Source: Candidatus Fermentibacterota bacterium | GTDB taxonomy: Bacteria > JAFGKV01 | DNA length: 64,000 nt | NCBI GenBank assembly: GCA_016928395.1 | Contig: JAFGKV010000096.1 | Coordinates: forward strand, 1 to 64,000 | Reading direction: 5' to 3' | Part shown: positions 37,885 to 46,745 of the stretch, piece after piece | Position numbering within the stretch: the stretch's first letter is position 1 | Layout: the number at the start of each line of letters is the position of its first letter | Program-made: the position numbers and the translations under genes | Notes under the pieces: generated by a model | Seen by the model: only the letters and a program-made list of their open reading frames with translations | What the model was told of the DNA's origin: nothing | Database searches by the model: none

Positions 37885-39605
37885 GTGGCGGGAGACCCAG
37901 CCGGATTCCGCGGATGTGCCTGCTCGTCGGAGTGATGATGATGTCTGAGGCGTGGGCAGAACGCACCGTGCGGGTCGGGGTGTATCAGAACAGCCCCAAG
38001 GTGGCGGTGGCTGAGGACGGGGGGGCCGAGGGCATGTTTGTTGACCTGATCGAGGCTATTGCCGAGGAAGAGGGGTGGTCGCTGGAGTACGTGCCGGGCA
38101 CCTGGGTCGAGGGGTTGGACCGACTGCTCGCGGGAGAGATCGACCTGATGCCGGATGTAGCCTACAGCGCCGCCCGCGAGGAGACCTATGCGTTCCATCA
38201 TGAGCCGGTCTTGTCGGACTGGTTCCAGGTGTATGCGCGGCGGGGCAGTGGGATCAAATCCATAGTCGATTGTGCCGGCGGGAAGATTTCGGTGCTGGAG
38301 CGCTCGATCCAACAGGATGCCTTCGCGAGGATGCTCGTCGAATTCGACATCATGATATCTCTGATGCCGTTTTCCACCTACGAGGATGCGTTCGCGGCAG
38401 TCGCGAGGGGCGAGGCGGATGCGGTTATCGCCAATCGTTTCTACGGTGCGACGCATCTGCGTGAGCATCAGCTCGAGGATACTGCCATCATCTTCAGCCC
38501 GACCAGGTTGTTCTTCGCGGCGCCCAAGTCGGGAGACCCAATGGTGCGTGATGCCATTGACAGGCACCTGGCGCGGTTCAAGCGGGATCCTCACTCGGTC
38601 TACTTCCGGTCGTTGAAGCGGTGGACGTCGGAGGCGGTGCCCGCCCGCGTCCCCGGGTGGATGAAAGGGGCCGTGATCGGCACCATTGGGGTGCTGCTCG
38701 TCGTCGGCCTGTGGACCGTCACGCTCAAGCGCCAGATCGCGGTCAGGACAGCGGAGCTCAGAAGGAGCAGCCAGGAAAACGCGCGGCTGTATACCGAAGT
38801 GCGCCGGAGGGCAGAAAACCTGGAGGGCCGAGTAGCAGAGCGTACCGCGGAGTTGACCCAGGCCAATACTGAACTGGCGGTGGCCAGGGATCAGGCCCAG
38901 GCGGCCGACCGTCTCAAGTCGGCGTTCTTGGCGACCATGTCCCACGAATTGCGGACCCCGCTGAACTCCATCATCGGTTTCACCGGCATTCTCCTCCAGG
39001 AGTTGCCGGGGCCGCTGACCACCGAGCAGCGCACCCAACTGGAGATGGTGCGCGGCAGTGCGCGGCATCTCCTCGCCCTCATCAATGATGTGCTGGACAT
39101 CTCGAAGATTGAGGCCGGGCAAATGGAGGTTGTGCGGGAATCATTCGATCTGCGTGCCTCCCTCGCCAAGGTCGCTGGCATCATGCGGCCCCTGGCCGAG
39201 AAGAAGGGGCTTGCCGTGCGCCTCGACTGCGCGCCGGAGATCGGCCTCGTGGAGGGCGACCCCCGCCGGGTGGAACAGGTGCTCATGAATCTCATGAATA
39301 ATGCCGTCAAGTTCACGGAACAAGGCGCGGTCACGGTCACCGCCGGGGTGAGGGAAGGCTGGGTGCGTATCGCCGTCGCGGATACGGGTATCGGCATCAA
39401 GCCACAAGACCTCTCTACCCTGTTCCGGCCCTTCCGGCAGATCGACACGGGATTGTCGAGACAGCACGAGGGAACCGGGCTGGGTTTAGCTATCTGCACG
39501 CGCCTGGTCGACCTCATGGGCGGCGACATCACCGTCGAAAGCGCGTGGGAGAGGGGGAGCGTGTTCACGTTCGCGCTGCCCATCCATGCAGGGGGGATGG
39601 CATGA
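37881..39605 (+). CDS. Histidine kinase with periplasmic solute-binding-protein (family 3) sensor
   Basis: VRVGVYQNSP...GEIDLMPD, one TM segment, FLATMSHELRTPLNS, GTGLGL; ATGA overlap. Confidence 0.92.
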   Translation: MSGGRPSRIPRMCLLVGVMMMSEAWAERTVRVGVYQNSPKVAVAEDGGAEGMFVDLIEAIAEEEGWSLEYVPGTWVEGLDRLLAGEIDLMPDVAYSAAREETYAFHHEPVLSDWFQVYARRGSGIKSIVDCAGGKISVLERSIQQDAFARMLVEFDIMISLMPFSTYEDAFAAVARGEADAVIANRFYGATHLREHQLEDTAIIFSPTRLFFAAPKSGDPMVRDAIDRHLARFKRDPHSVYFRSLKRWTSEAVPARVPGWMKGAVIGTIGVLLVVGLWTVTLKRQIAVRTAELRRSSQENARLYTEVRRRAENLEGRVAERTAELTQANTELAVARDQAQAADRLKSAFLATMSHELRTPLNSIIGFTGILLQELPGPLTTEQRTQLEMVRGSARHLLALINDVLDISKIEAGQMEVVRESFDLRASLAKVAGIMRPLAEKKGLAVRLDCAPEIGLVEGDPRRVEQVLMNLMNNAVKFTEQGAVTVTAGVREGWVRIAVADTGIGIKPQDLSTLFRPFRQIDTGLSRQHEGTGLGLAICTRLVDLMGGDITVESAWERGSVFTFALPIHAGGMA

Positions 39606-39988
39606 AAGGAACCATACTTCTCATCGAAGACAATGAGCAGAACCGCTATCTGGCGACCTTTCTTCTGGAGCACCACGGCTTCACCGTGCTCCAGGCGCGC
39701 AACGGCCCCGAGGGGATCGCCCGGGCGGCCGAAGTCCGCCCCGACCTCATCATCCTGGATATTCAGCTTCCGCAGATGGATGGCTACGATGTCGCCCGCA
39801 CGCTCAGGCAAAATCCAGACCTGCTGCGCATTCCCATCGTAGCCGTGACGTCGTACGCCATGCCCGGCGACCGGGAGAAGACTCTGGCAGCCGGCTGCAC
39901 CGGGTACATCGAGAAGCCCATCAATCCCGCGACCTTTGTCGCCGAGATCCGGGGGCACCTTCCCCCCGTGCGAGAGGAGAGCTCATGA
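39602..39988 (+). CDS. Single-domain response regulator (DivK-like)
   Basis: ILLIEDN, LDIQLPQMDG, VTSYAMPGD, GCTGYIEKPI. Confidence 0.92.
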   Translation: MKGTILLIEDNEQNRYLATFLLEHHGFTVLQARNGPEGIARAAEVRPDLIILDIQLPQMDGYDVARTLRQNPDLLRIPIVAVTSYAMPGDREKTLAAGCTGYIEKPINPATFVAEIRGHLPPVREESS

Positions 39989-41472
39989 CAACGGAGCGTA
40001 TCCTGATCGTGGATGACAGGGAGGAGAACCGCTACCTGCTGCGGGCCATGCTGCAGGGTAACGGCTACGACGTGCTGGAAGCGCGGCACGGCGCCGAAGC
40101 TCTGGAGACGGCCCGGCAGACGCCGCCGGACCTTGTCATCTCCGACATACTCATGCCCGTGATGGACGGGTTCGCTCTCTGCCGGGAGTGGCTTCGGGAC
40201 GAGCGTTTGGGGAAGATCCCGTTCATCTTCTACACCGCCACCTACACCGACAGCAGGGACCGGGAGTTCGCCCTCGGCCTTGGGGCCTCCCGGTTCATCG
40301 TGAAGCCCCAGGAGCCTGAGGCCTTCATGGAGATCATCCGGGAGGCCCTGCGACATGTCGTGGCGGGCCGTGCCGCGTTGGCGAGCCCGGGCCCTACCGT
40401 GGATGAGGCGGCCTATCTCCAGCAGTACAACGAGGCCCTCATCCGCAAGCTGGAAACGAAGATGGAGCAACTGGAGCATGCCAACCGCATGCTGGAGCAC
40501 GAGCTGGAGGAACGAACCCGGATGGAGGCGGATCTCCGGGAGAGCGAGGTGCGGTACCGGGCCCTCTTCGAGCACATGGCCTCGGCATCATGCCTGGATG
40601 AGGTGATCTACCGGGAGGGTATCCCCGTGGACTACCGCCTGGTGGATGTCAACCCCGCCTTCGAGCGCGTCACCGGCATCAGCCGCGGGCGGGCCATCGG
40701 AGCCCTGGCCTCAGAGCTCTACGACTCACCCCAGGTCTGGTCGTTGGATGTCTTTACGGGGGTTGCCGAGACGGGAACGCCGGCTCGGTTCGAGGCCTTC
40801 GTGCCCGCCATCGGCAAGCATCTCGACATAGTCGTGTCGTGCCCCCGCAAGGGAATGTTCTCGACCGTGTTCTCCGATATCACCGAGCGAAAGAGGCTGG
40901 AAGACGAGCTCCGGAGCGCGCTGGACGAACAGGCATGGCTCCTGAAGAGCATGATGAACGCCTTCGTCGTGTGTGACTCGGTCTTCGACGCCGACGGCCG
41001 CTTCGTCAGCTACCGTTTCCGGTACATCAACGATGCCTATGAACGCATAACCGGCGTGAAGCGAAACGAGGTGTACGGCAAGACCGTGCACGAGGTATGG
41101 CCTGAGACCGAAGAGTCATGGATCGAGAACTACGGCGCGGTGGCCGTGACCGGCGTGGCGATGACCTTCGAGATGTATCACGCGCCCACGGCCAAACACT
41201 ACCACTGCCACGTCTACCGCCCGTGGGACAGCACTGCGCGGTTCTGCGTCGTCTTCGACGACATCACCGCGCGGGTAGAGGCCTCCGCTGCGATGGCGAG
41301 CCGGCTTGACGAACTGCGCCGATGGCACACGGCAACGCTGGGCCGCGAAACCCGGATTCTCGAACTCAAGCGAGAAATAAACGAACTGCTGGCCGCTGCG
41401 GGACAGCCGCCACGGTACTCCAGCGCGGAGGAAGATCAGTGGCCCCGCGCCGACTCCTCGCGGCGTGGCTGA
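39985..41472 (+). CDS. Receiver - PAS - PAS protein ending in a short coiled-coil tail, no catalytic output
   Basis: SDILMP, FYTATY, two PAS domains, tail GRETRILELKREINELL...RY. Confidence 0.88.
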   Translation: MTTERILIVDDREENRYLLRAMLQGNGYDVLEARHGAEALETARQTPPDLVISDILMPVMDGFALCREWLRDERLGKIPFIFYTATYTDSRDREFALGLGASRFIVKPQEPEAFMEIIREALRHVVAGRAALASPGPTVDEAAYLQQYNEALIRKLETKMEQLEHANRMLEHELEERTRMEADLRESEVRYRALFEHMASASCLDEVIYREGIPVDYRLVDVNPAFERVTGISRGRAIGALASELYDSPQVWSLDVFTGVAETGTPARFEAFVPAIGKHLDIVVSCPRKGMFSTVFSDITERKRLEDELRSALDEQAWLLKSMMNAFVVCDSVFDADGRFVSYRFRYINDAYERITGVKRNEVYGKTVHEVWPETEESWIENYGAVAVTGVAMTFEMYHAPTAKHYHCHVYRPWDSTARFCVVFDDITARVEASAAMASRLDELRRWHTATLGRETRILELKREINELLAAAGQPPRYSSAEEDQWPRADSSRRG

Positions 41473-41524
41473 TGACCGGGGAGGATCGTGTCTTCAGGCC
41501 GGTTCCGGAAGGAAGGTGGTGGGG

Positions 41525-44068
41525 ATGAAGCTCAGCACGAAGTTGACCGTGATAATGGGAGGAGCCACGGTTGCGTTCTTCCTGGTTGCCCTGGCGGTAT
41601 CGGACCGCATTGTCCGCAGCGGATTCTCCCGTCTCGAAGAGCGGCATGCCCGCGCCGATGTCGATCACGCGCGTGCGGCCATCGACCGAGGGGCCGACGC
41701 GTTGGGGGTGACTGCCGCGGACTGGGCAATGTGGGATGACACCTACCAGTTCGTGCAAGATCAGAACCCCGCCTACGCAGAAGGAAACCTTACCCCCCTG
41801 GCGCTCTCAACGCTCAGGATCCATGCGCTGATGATCGTCGACGAGTCGTGCGGGCTGGCCTGGGGCCAGATGCTGAGTCCCGAAGACACCGGTTTTGTGC
41901 CACTCCCCGACAAGCTGCGCCGGCTCGCGGAAGCTGGCGGGGTGTTGACCACCTTCGATCCCGATCGGGACCGCATCTCGGGGATCGTGGTTCTGGCTGA
42001 AGGGCCCATGCTGGTCGCCGCCCATCGGATCCTCACGAGCCAGCGGGAAGGCCCTGCCCGGGGCACGCTGGTCATGGGGCGATTCCTTGATGCCGACGCC
42101 ATTGGTGAACTGGCAGAGGCGCTCCAGGTGGAGGTTAACGTCTTCCGCGTTGATGATCTCGCCGGGCCCACCGTGCCGGATGGGGTCACCGCAGCCTGGG
42201 GCGTGGATCCGCCCGTGATCCGGGTGATCAGCCCAACGGTCATCGCCGGATACGGTCTTGTGCGGGATCTGAGCGAAACGCCGGCACTGGTGGTCGAAGT
42301 CCGGATGCCGCGAGACATCTCTGCGCAGGGAACCCGTACCTCCGCGGTCTTCGCGGGCACGTTGCTGGCGGCTGCCTCCTGTCTCACCTTCGTCATCGCG
42401 GTCACGCTGAGATGGCAGATCATCGGGAGACTGGCGTCGCTCAGCAGAGGCATCCGGCGCATCTCCACCGCGGAGGATTTTTCGGGGCGCGTCACCCTGG
42501 CCGGATCCGATGAGTTGTCCGCCATCGCCGATGACGTCAACCACCTGGTGACCCGGGTGGCGGAATCCCGACGGGCGCTGGTGAAGAGCGAGGAGCGCAT
42601 CGGGCAGATCGCGAATAGCGTCGCCGACTGGATCTGGGAAGTTGACGCAGAGGGGTTGTACACGTACGCAAGTCCTGCGGTGGAGCGAATTCTGGGCTAC
42701 GCGCCCGAGGAAATCGTGGGGAAAAAGCATTTCTACGACCTATTCGCGCCCGAAGAACAGCAGGCCAAGAAGCGCGCGGCACTCGACACAATGGCGCGGC
42801 GCGTGAGGTTCATCGCCCTGGTCAACACCAACGTGCACAAAGACGGCCGTCGCGTAGTGCTGGAGACCAACGGCGTGCCGGTGGTGGATCAGCAGGGGAA
42901 GCTCCTTGGGTACCGCGGCGCCGACAGGGATATTACCGAGCGCACCCTGGCGGAGGAGGCAATGAAGGAGGCCGCCGTCGAGACGCAGCGACTTCTCGAA
43001 ACGGCCGAGCAGTCGCGCAGGGCGCTGCTCAGCGTGGTAGAGGACCAGAAGCGTGCCGAGGAGGCACTCCGTCAGAGCACGGTCCTGCTGGACACCGCGG
43101 GACGAATGGCGCGGTTCGGCGCCTGGAGCGTGAACCTGGCCGAGAACAGGGTGACATGGTCGGACCAGGTGGCCGCCATCCACGAGATGCCTCCGGGATA
43201 CTCTCCCACCGTGGAGCAGGGATTGGGCTTCTACGCTCCCATATGCCGGGAGCGGATCGCGCAGGTGTTCGGCGCGTGCGCCCGAGAGGGGACGCCCTAC
43301 GACGAGGAGTTCGAGATCATTGCGGCCGGAGGGTCCCGCGTCTGGGTTCGGACCATTGGCCACGCCATTCGCGATGGCACGGGAGCCATCGTGAAGGTCG
43401 AAGGCGCCTTCCAGGATATCACGGAGCGCAAACGGGTCGAGGGGGCGCTCCACAAGGCACTCGCTGAAAAGGATGTTCTGCTGCGCGAGGTGCATCATCG
43501 GGTTAAGAACAATCTCATGGCGATGATGGCGCTCATGCAGATGAAACGCGAACGGATTGGTGATGAGCGCCTGAGTCTTGTGCTGCTCGAGCTGGAAGAG
43601 CAGGCGCGCGCTATGTCGCTGGTGTATGAGCAGCTCTACCAGAGCGACAGCGTGGCCCACGTGGAGATGGGTCCCTATCTCTCGTCACTGACCCAGAGCC
43701 TGGTGCCGGCCTTGCGTGGTGAGCGGGACATTATCGTGGAGGTCGACGCGGATCCGGTCGTGCTCGATGTGGAACAGGCCATGCCGTGCGGGCTCATCGT
43801 CAACGAGTTGGTGACCAATGCGCTGAAGCACGCGTTTCCGCCGTCGCCGGGGAGGAGGGGAACCATCCACGTCTCCCTGGCGAAGGAGGGGGAGGCCTGC
43901 CTGCTGACGGTGGCCGACGATGGAGCGGGCATGCCGCGGGGCGGTGACGCGATAACACGCTCGGGGCTCCGCATGGTGGGGTTGTGGGCCACCCACCAGT
44001 TGGGGGGCACCATTGAGATCGTAGACAACGCGGGGACCACCGTGACGGTCCGATTCAGCGAGGGGTGA
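41525..44068 (+). CDS. CHASE4-like - HAMP - PAS - PAS - HisKA_2-type histidine kinase
   Basis: DWAMWDDTYQFV, HAMP GSDELSAIADDVN, EVHHRVKNNL, NELVTNALKHAF. Confidence 0.9.
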   Translation: MKLSTKLTVIMGGATVAFFLVALAVSDRIVRSGFSRLEERHARADVDHARAAIDRGADALGVTAADWAMWDDTYQFVQDQNPAYAEGNLTPLALSTLRIHALMIVDESCGLAWGQMLSPEDTGFVPLPDKLRRLAEAGGVLTTFDPDRDRISGIVVLAEGPMLVAAHRILTSQREGPARGTLVMGRFLDADAIGELAEALQVEVNVFRVDDLAGPTVPDGVTAAWGVDPPVIRVISPTVIAGYGLVRDLSETPALVVEVRMPRDISAQGTRTSAVFAGTLLAAASCLTFVIAVTLRWQIIGRLASLSRGIRRISTAEDFSGRVTLAGSDELSAIADDVNHLVTRVAESRRALVKSEERIGQIANSVADWIWEVDAEGLYTYASPAVERILGYAPEEIVGKKHFYDLFAPEEQQAKKRAALDTMARRVRFIALVNTNVHKDGRRVVLETNGVPVVDQQGKLLGYRGADRDITERTLAEEAMKEAAVETQRLLETAEQSRRALLSVVEDQKRAEEALRQSTVLLDTAGRMARFGAWSVNLAENRVTWSDQVAAIHEMPPGYSPTVEQGLGFYAPICRERIAQVFGACAREGTPYDEEFEIIAAGGSRVWVRTIGHAIRDGTGAIVKVEGAFQDITERKRVEGALHKALAEKDVLLREVHHRVKNNLMAMMALMQMKRERIGDERLSLVLLELEEQARAMSLVYEQLYQSDSVAHVEMGPYLSSLTQSLVPALRGERDIIVEVDADPVVLDVEQAMPCGLIVNELVTNALKHAFPPSPGRRGTIHVSLAKEGEACLLTVADDGAGMPRGGDAITRSGLRMVGLWATHQLGGTIEIVDNAGTTVTVRFSEG

Positions 44069-44069
44069 C

Positions 44070-46745
44070 ATGGGCCTGGTCGCAGAGGGAATCCACGGAG
44101 GCAACGATGAAGGCTCGATGGCGTCAGTGCCGGCCGATGGGCAGGTGCGCGCGGGAGAAGAGTATCTGCGGGCCGTCCTGGACTCGGTGAATGACGCCGT
44201 GTTCGTGGATGACGCGGCTACCGGCCAGATCATCGATGTCAATCAGCGCACGTGCGAGATGTACGGGTATGCCCGAGAGGAAGTCCTCCGAATCCCCCTC
44301 GGAGACCTGAGCCAGGGCGAGCCTCCGTACTCTCAGAATGAGGCGCTGGAGTGGCTCCGCCGGGCCCGGGAGGGCGGGCCCCAGGTCTTCCCGTGGCTGG
44401 CGAAGCGAAAGAACGGCTCGTTGTTCTGGGTCGAGGTCAGCATCCGGTTCACGCGCATCGGCGCCGCAGATCGGTTCGTGGTCGTGGTGCGCGATATTAC
44501 GGAGAGGTGGCTGGCCGAGGAGTCGCTTCGCGTCAGCCGCGAGAAGGCCGCACGTCTGCTGGCCCACCAGACCGCCATGAACCGGCTCGCCCTTGCCCTG
44601 GGAGAGACCCTCAGCCTGGATGAGGTATATCGCACCATTCACCGCCACATCGGCGACCTGGTCGACGTGTGGTGTCTCATCATTTCCTCCTTCGACGAGA
44701 AGTCGGGGCTGATCCAGGCCAGTTATGCCGCGGCCGATCAGGAGTACGATGTCTCCCAGTTCCCCGCCATCCCCCTGGGAGAACGGGGCAAGGGCACCCA
44801 GAGCAGGGTACTACACTCCGGAGAGCCACTCTACACCCCAGACCATCAGCAGGCGCTCAGGGATAGCCGGTTCCGCTACACCGTCGAGGATGACGGTGCG
44901 GTCCACGAGGAACTGCCCTCGGAGAGAGACAAGGAGGATACCACCCGCTCCGCGGTGTACCTGCCGATGAAGGTGGGCGGGAAAACGGTGGGAGTCATGC
45001 AGGTGCAGAGCCGCCGGTTGGACGCCTATACACAGGACGACATCGTTCTCCTGGCCGGGATGGCGAACGTTGCCGCGGTGGCCTTGCAGAATGCTCGGCT
45101 TCGAGAGGATCTCGTGCGAGAACTGGCCGAGCGAACCCGTGCCGAGGATGCGCGCGGCAAGAATGAAGCGAGGTTGGAGGGGTTGTTGCGCATCGTGAAT
45201 TACGAGGCTCAGAGCGAACAGGAGCTCCTGGACCACGCACTGGAGCAGGCGGTCGCACTCACCGCCAGCACCATCGGGTACATCTACTACTATGACGAGG
45301 CCACACGCCGCTTCACCCTCAACACCTGGTCGAAGGATGTGATGAAGGAGTGCACGGTGATCGAACCCCAGGCCGTGTACGCGTTGGACAAGACCGGTGC
45401 CTGGGGGGAAGCGGTCAGGCAGGAAATGCCGATCGTCATCAACGATTTCGCGGCGCCGCATCCCCTCAAGAAGGGCTTTCCCGAGGGTCACGCGCCCGTG
45501 AAGAGATTCATGACCATCCCGGTGCGCGTCGAGGAACGGATTGTCGCGGTCGTCGGCGTCGCGAACAAGACGGCCGAGTATGACCAGGGCGACGTCCGCC
45601 AGCTCACCCTGCTCATGGATTCGATCTGGAAGATCGTGGAGCGCCGCCGGGCCCAAGAGGCCCTTCGGGAGAGCGAGCGGCGCTTCGCCACCCTGGCCGC
45701 CACCGCTCCCATCGGTATCTTCCGCACCGACGCCGACGGCGCCACGACCTATGTCAATCGCCGCTGGTCGGAGATATCGGGGCTCCGCGAGACAGAGGCC
45801 CTGGGTGATGGGTGGCTCCGCGCGGTGCATCCGGATGACCGGGCGCGTCTGGCCGCGGGATGGCACACCAAGGCCCGCGAGGGTGTACGGTCCCGGGCAG
45901 AGTATCGCTTCATCCGCCCCGACGGCACGGTTGTATGGGTCTGGGGGATCGCGACGCCGGAAGTCGACGCCCAGGGTGAGAGCTCCGGGTACATCGGTGC
46001 CATCAGCGACATCACCGAACGCCGCCGTGCGGAGGAGCAGGTCCGCGCCGCCCTGGAGGAGAAGGAGGTCCTCCTCCGCGAGGTGCATCACCGAGTCAAG
46101 AACAACCTCCAGGCCATCATCTACCTCATCGACACCAGGCTTGACCAGATCACCGACACGGCAACCGAGGCGCTGCTCCGGGGCCTGCAGGAGCAGGCCC
46201 GGGCCATGGCGCTGGTGTACGAGCAGATCTACCAGAGCGAGGACCTCTCCCATGTGCACATGGGCCACTATCTCGAGGTACTGGTCAGGCAGGTGATCCT
46301 CGCTCTCAGCCCCAGGGGAGACATCGACCAGGAAGTGAACGTCGGCGATGTCTTTCTGGAGGTAGCGGCGGCGATTCCCTGCGGCCTGATCGTGAACGAG
46401 CTGGTGACCAACAGCCTCAAGTATGCGTTCCCGCCCTCCTTTCAGACCAGGCCGCGCATCGGGATCGCGCTCGGCATCGAGGGCGATCGCTGTTGCCTGG
46501 CTGTCGAAGACAATGGCATCGGCATCGCCGAGCATTCGGAGTGCTCATCGCCGGGTTCCACCGGGCTGCGGCTGGTGCACCTGTGGGCCACGCACCAGTT
46601 GGGGGGCACGATCTCCCGCGAAGGCGGCAGGGGAACGCGGCATGTCATCCACTTTCCCCTGCCGGGCAACGTCGAGCCTGATGCGAGGCGCGGGCGGGAT
46701 AAACCGTTGACGTTGCGGCACTGCGGCCCCATCATGCCAGAATGA
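44070..46745 (+). CDS. PAS - GAF - GAF - PAS - HisKA_2-type histidine kinase
   Basis: EVHHRVKNNLQ, NELVTNSLKYAF, DNGIG; start uncertain. Confidence 0.9.
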   Translation: MGLVAEGIHGGNDEGSMASVPADGQVRAGEEYLRAVLDSVNDAVFVDDAATGQIIDVNQRTCEMYGYAREEVLRIPLGDLSQGEPPYSQNEALEWLRRAREGGPQVFPWLAKRKNGSLFWVEVSIRFTRIGAADRFVVVVRDITERWLAEESLRVSREKAARLLAHQTAMNRLALALGETLSLDEVYRTIHRHIGDLVDVWCLIISSFDEKSGLIQASYAAADQEYDVSQFPAIPLGERGKGTQSRVLHSGEPLYTPDHQQALRDSRFRYTVEDDGAVHEELPSERDKEDTTRSAVYLPMKVGGKTVGVMQVQSRRLDAYTQDDIVLLAGMANVAAVALQNARLREDLVRELAERTRAEDARGKNEARLEGLLRIVNYEAQSEQELLDHALEQAVALTASTIGYIYYYDEATRRFTLNTWSKDVMKECTVIEPQAVYALDKTGAWGEAVRQEMPIVINDFAAPHPLKKGFPEGHAPVKRFMTIPVRVEERIVAVVGVANKTAEYDQGDVRQLTLLMDSIWKIVERRRAQEALRESERRFATLAATAPIGIFRTDADGATTYVNRRWSEISGLRETEALGDGWLRAVHPDDRARLAAGWHTKAREGVRSRAEYRFIRPDGTVVWVWGIATPEVDAQGESSGYIGAISDITERRRAEEQVRAALEEKEVLLREVHHRVKNNLQAIIYLIDTRLDQITDTATEALLRGLQEQARAMALVYEQIYQSEDLSHVHMGHYLEVLVRQVILALSPRGDIDQEVNVGDVFLEVAAAIPCGLIVNELVTNSLKYAFPPSFQTRPRIGIALGIEGDRCCLAVEDNGIGIAEHSECSSPGSTGLRLVHLWATHQLGGTISREGGRGTRHVIHFPLPGNVEPDARRGRDKPLTLRHCGPIMPE

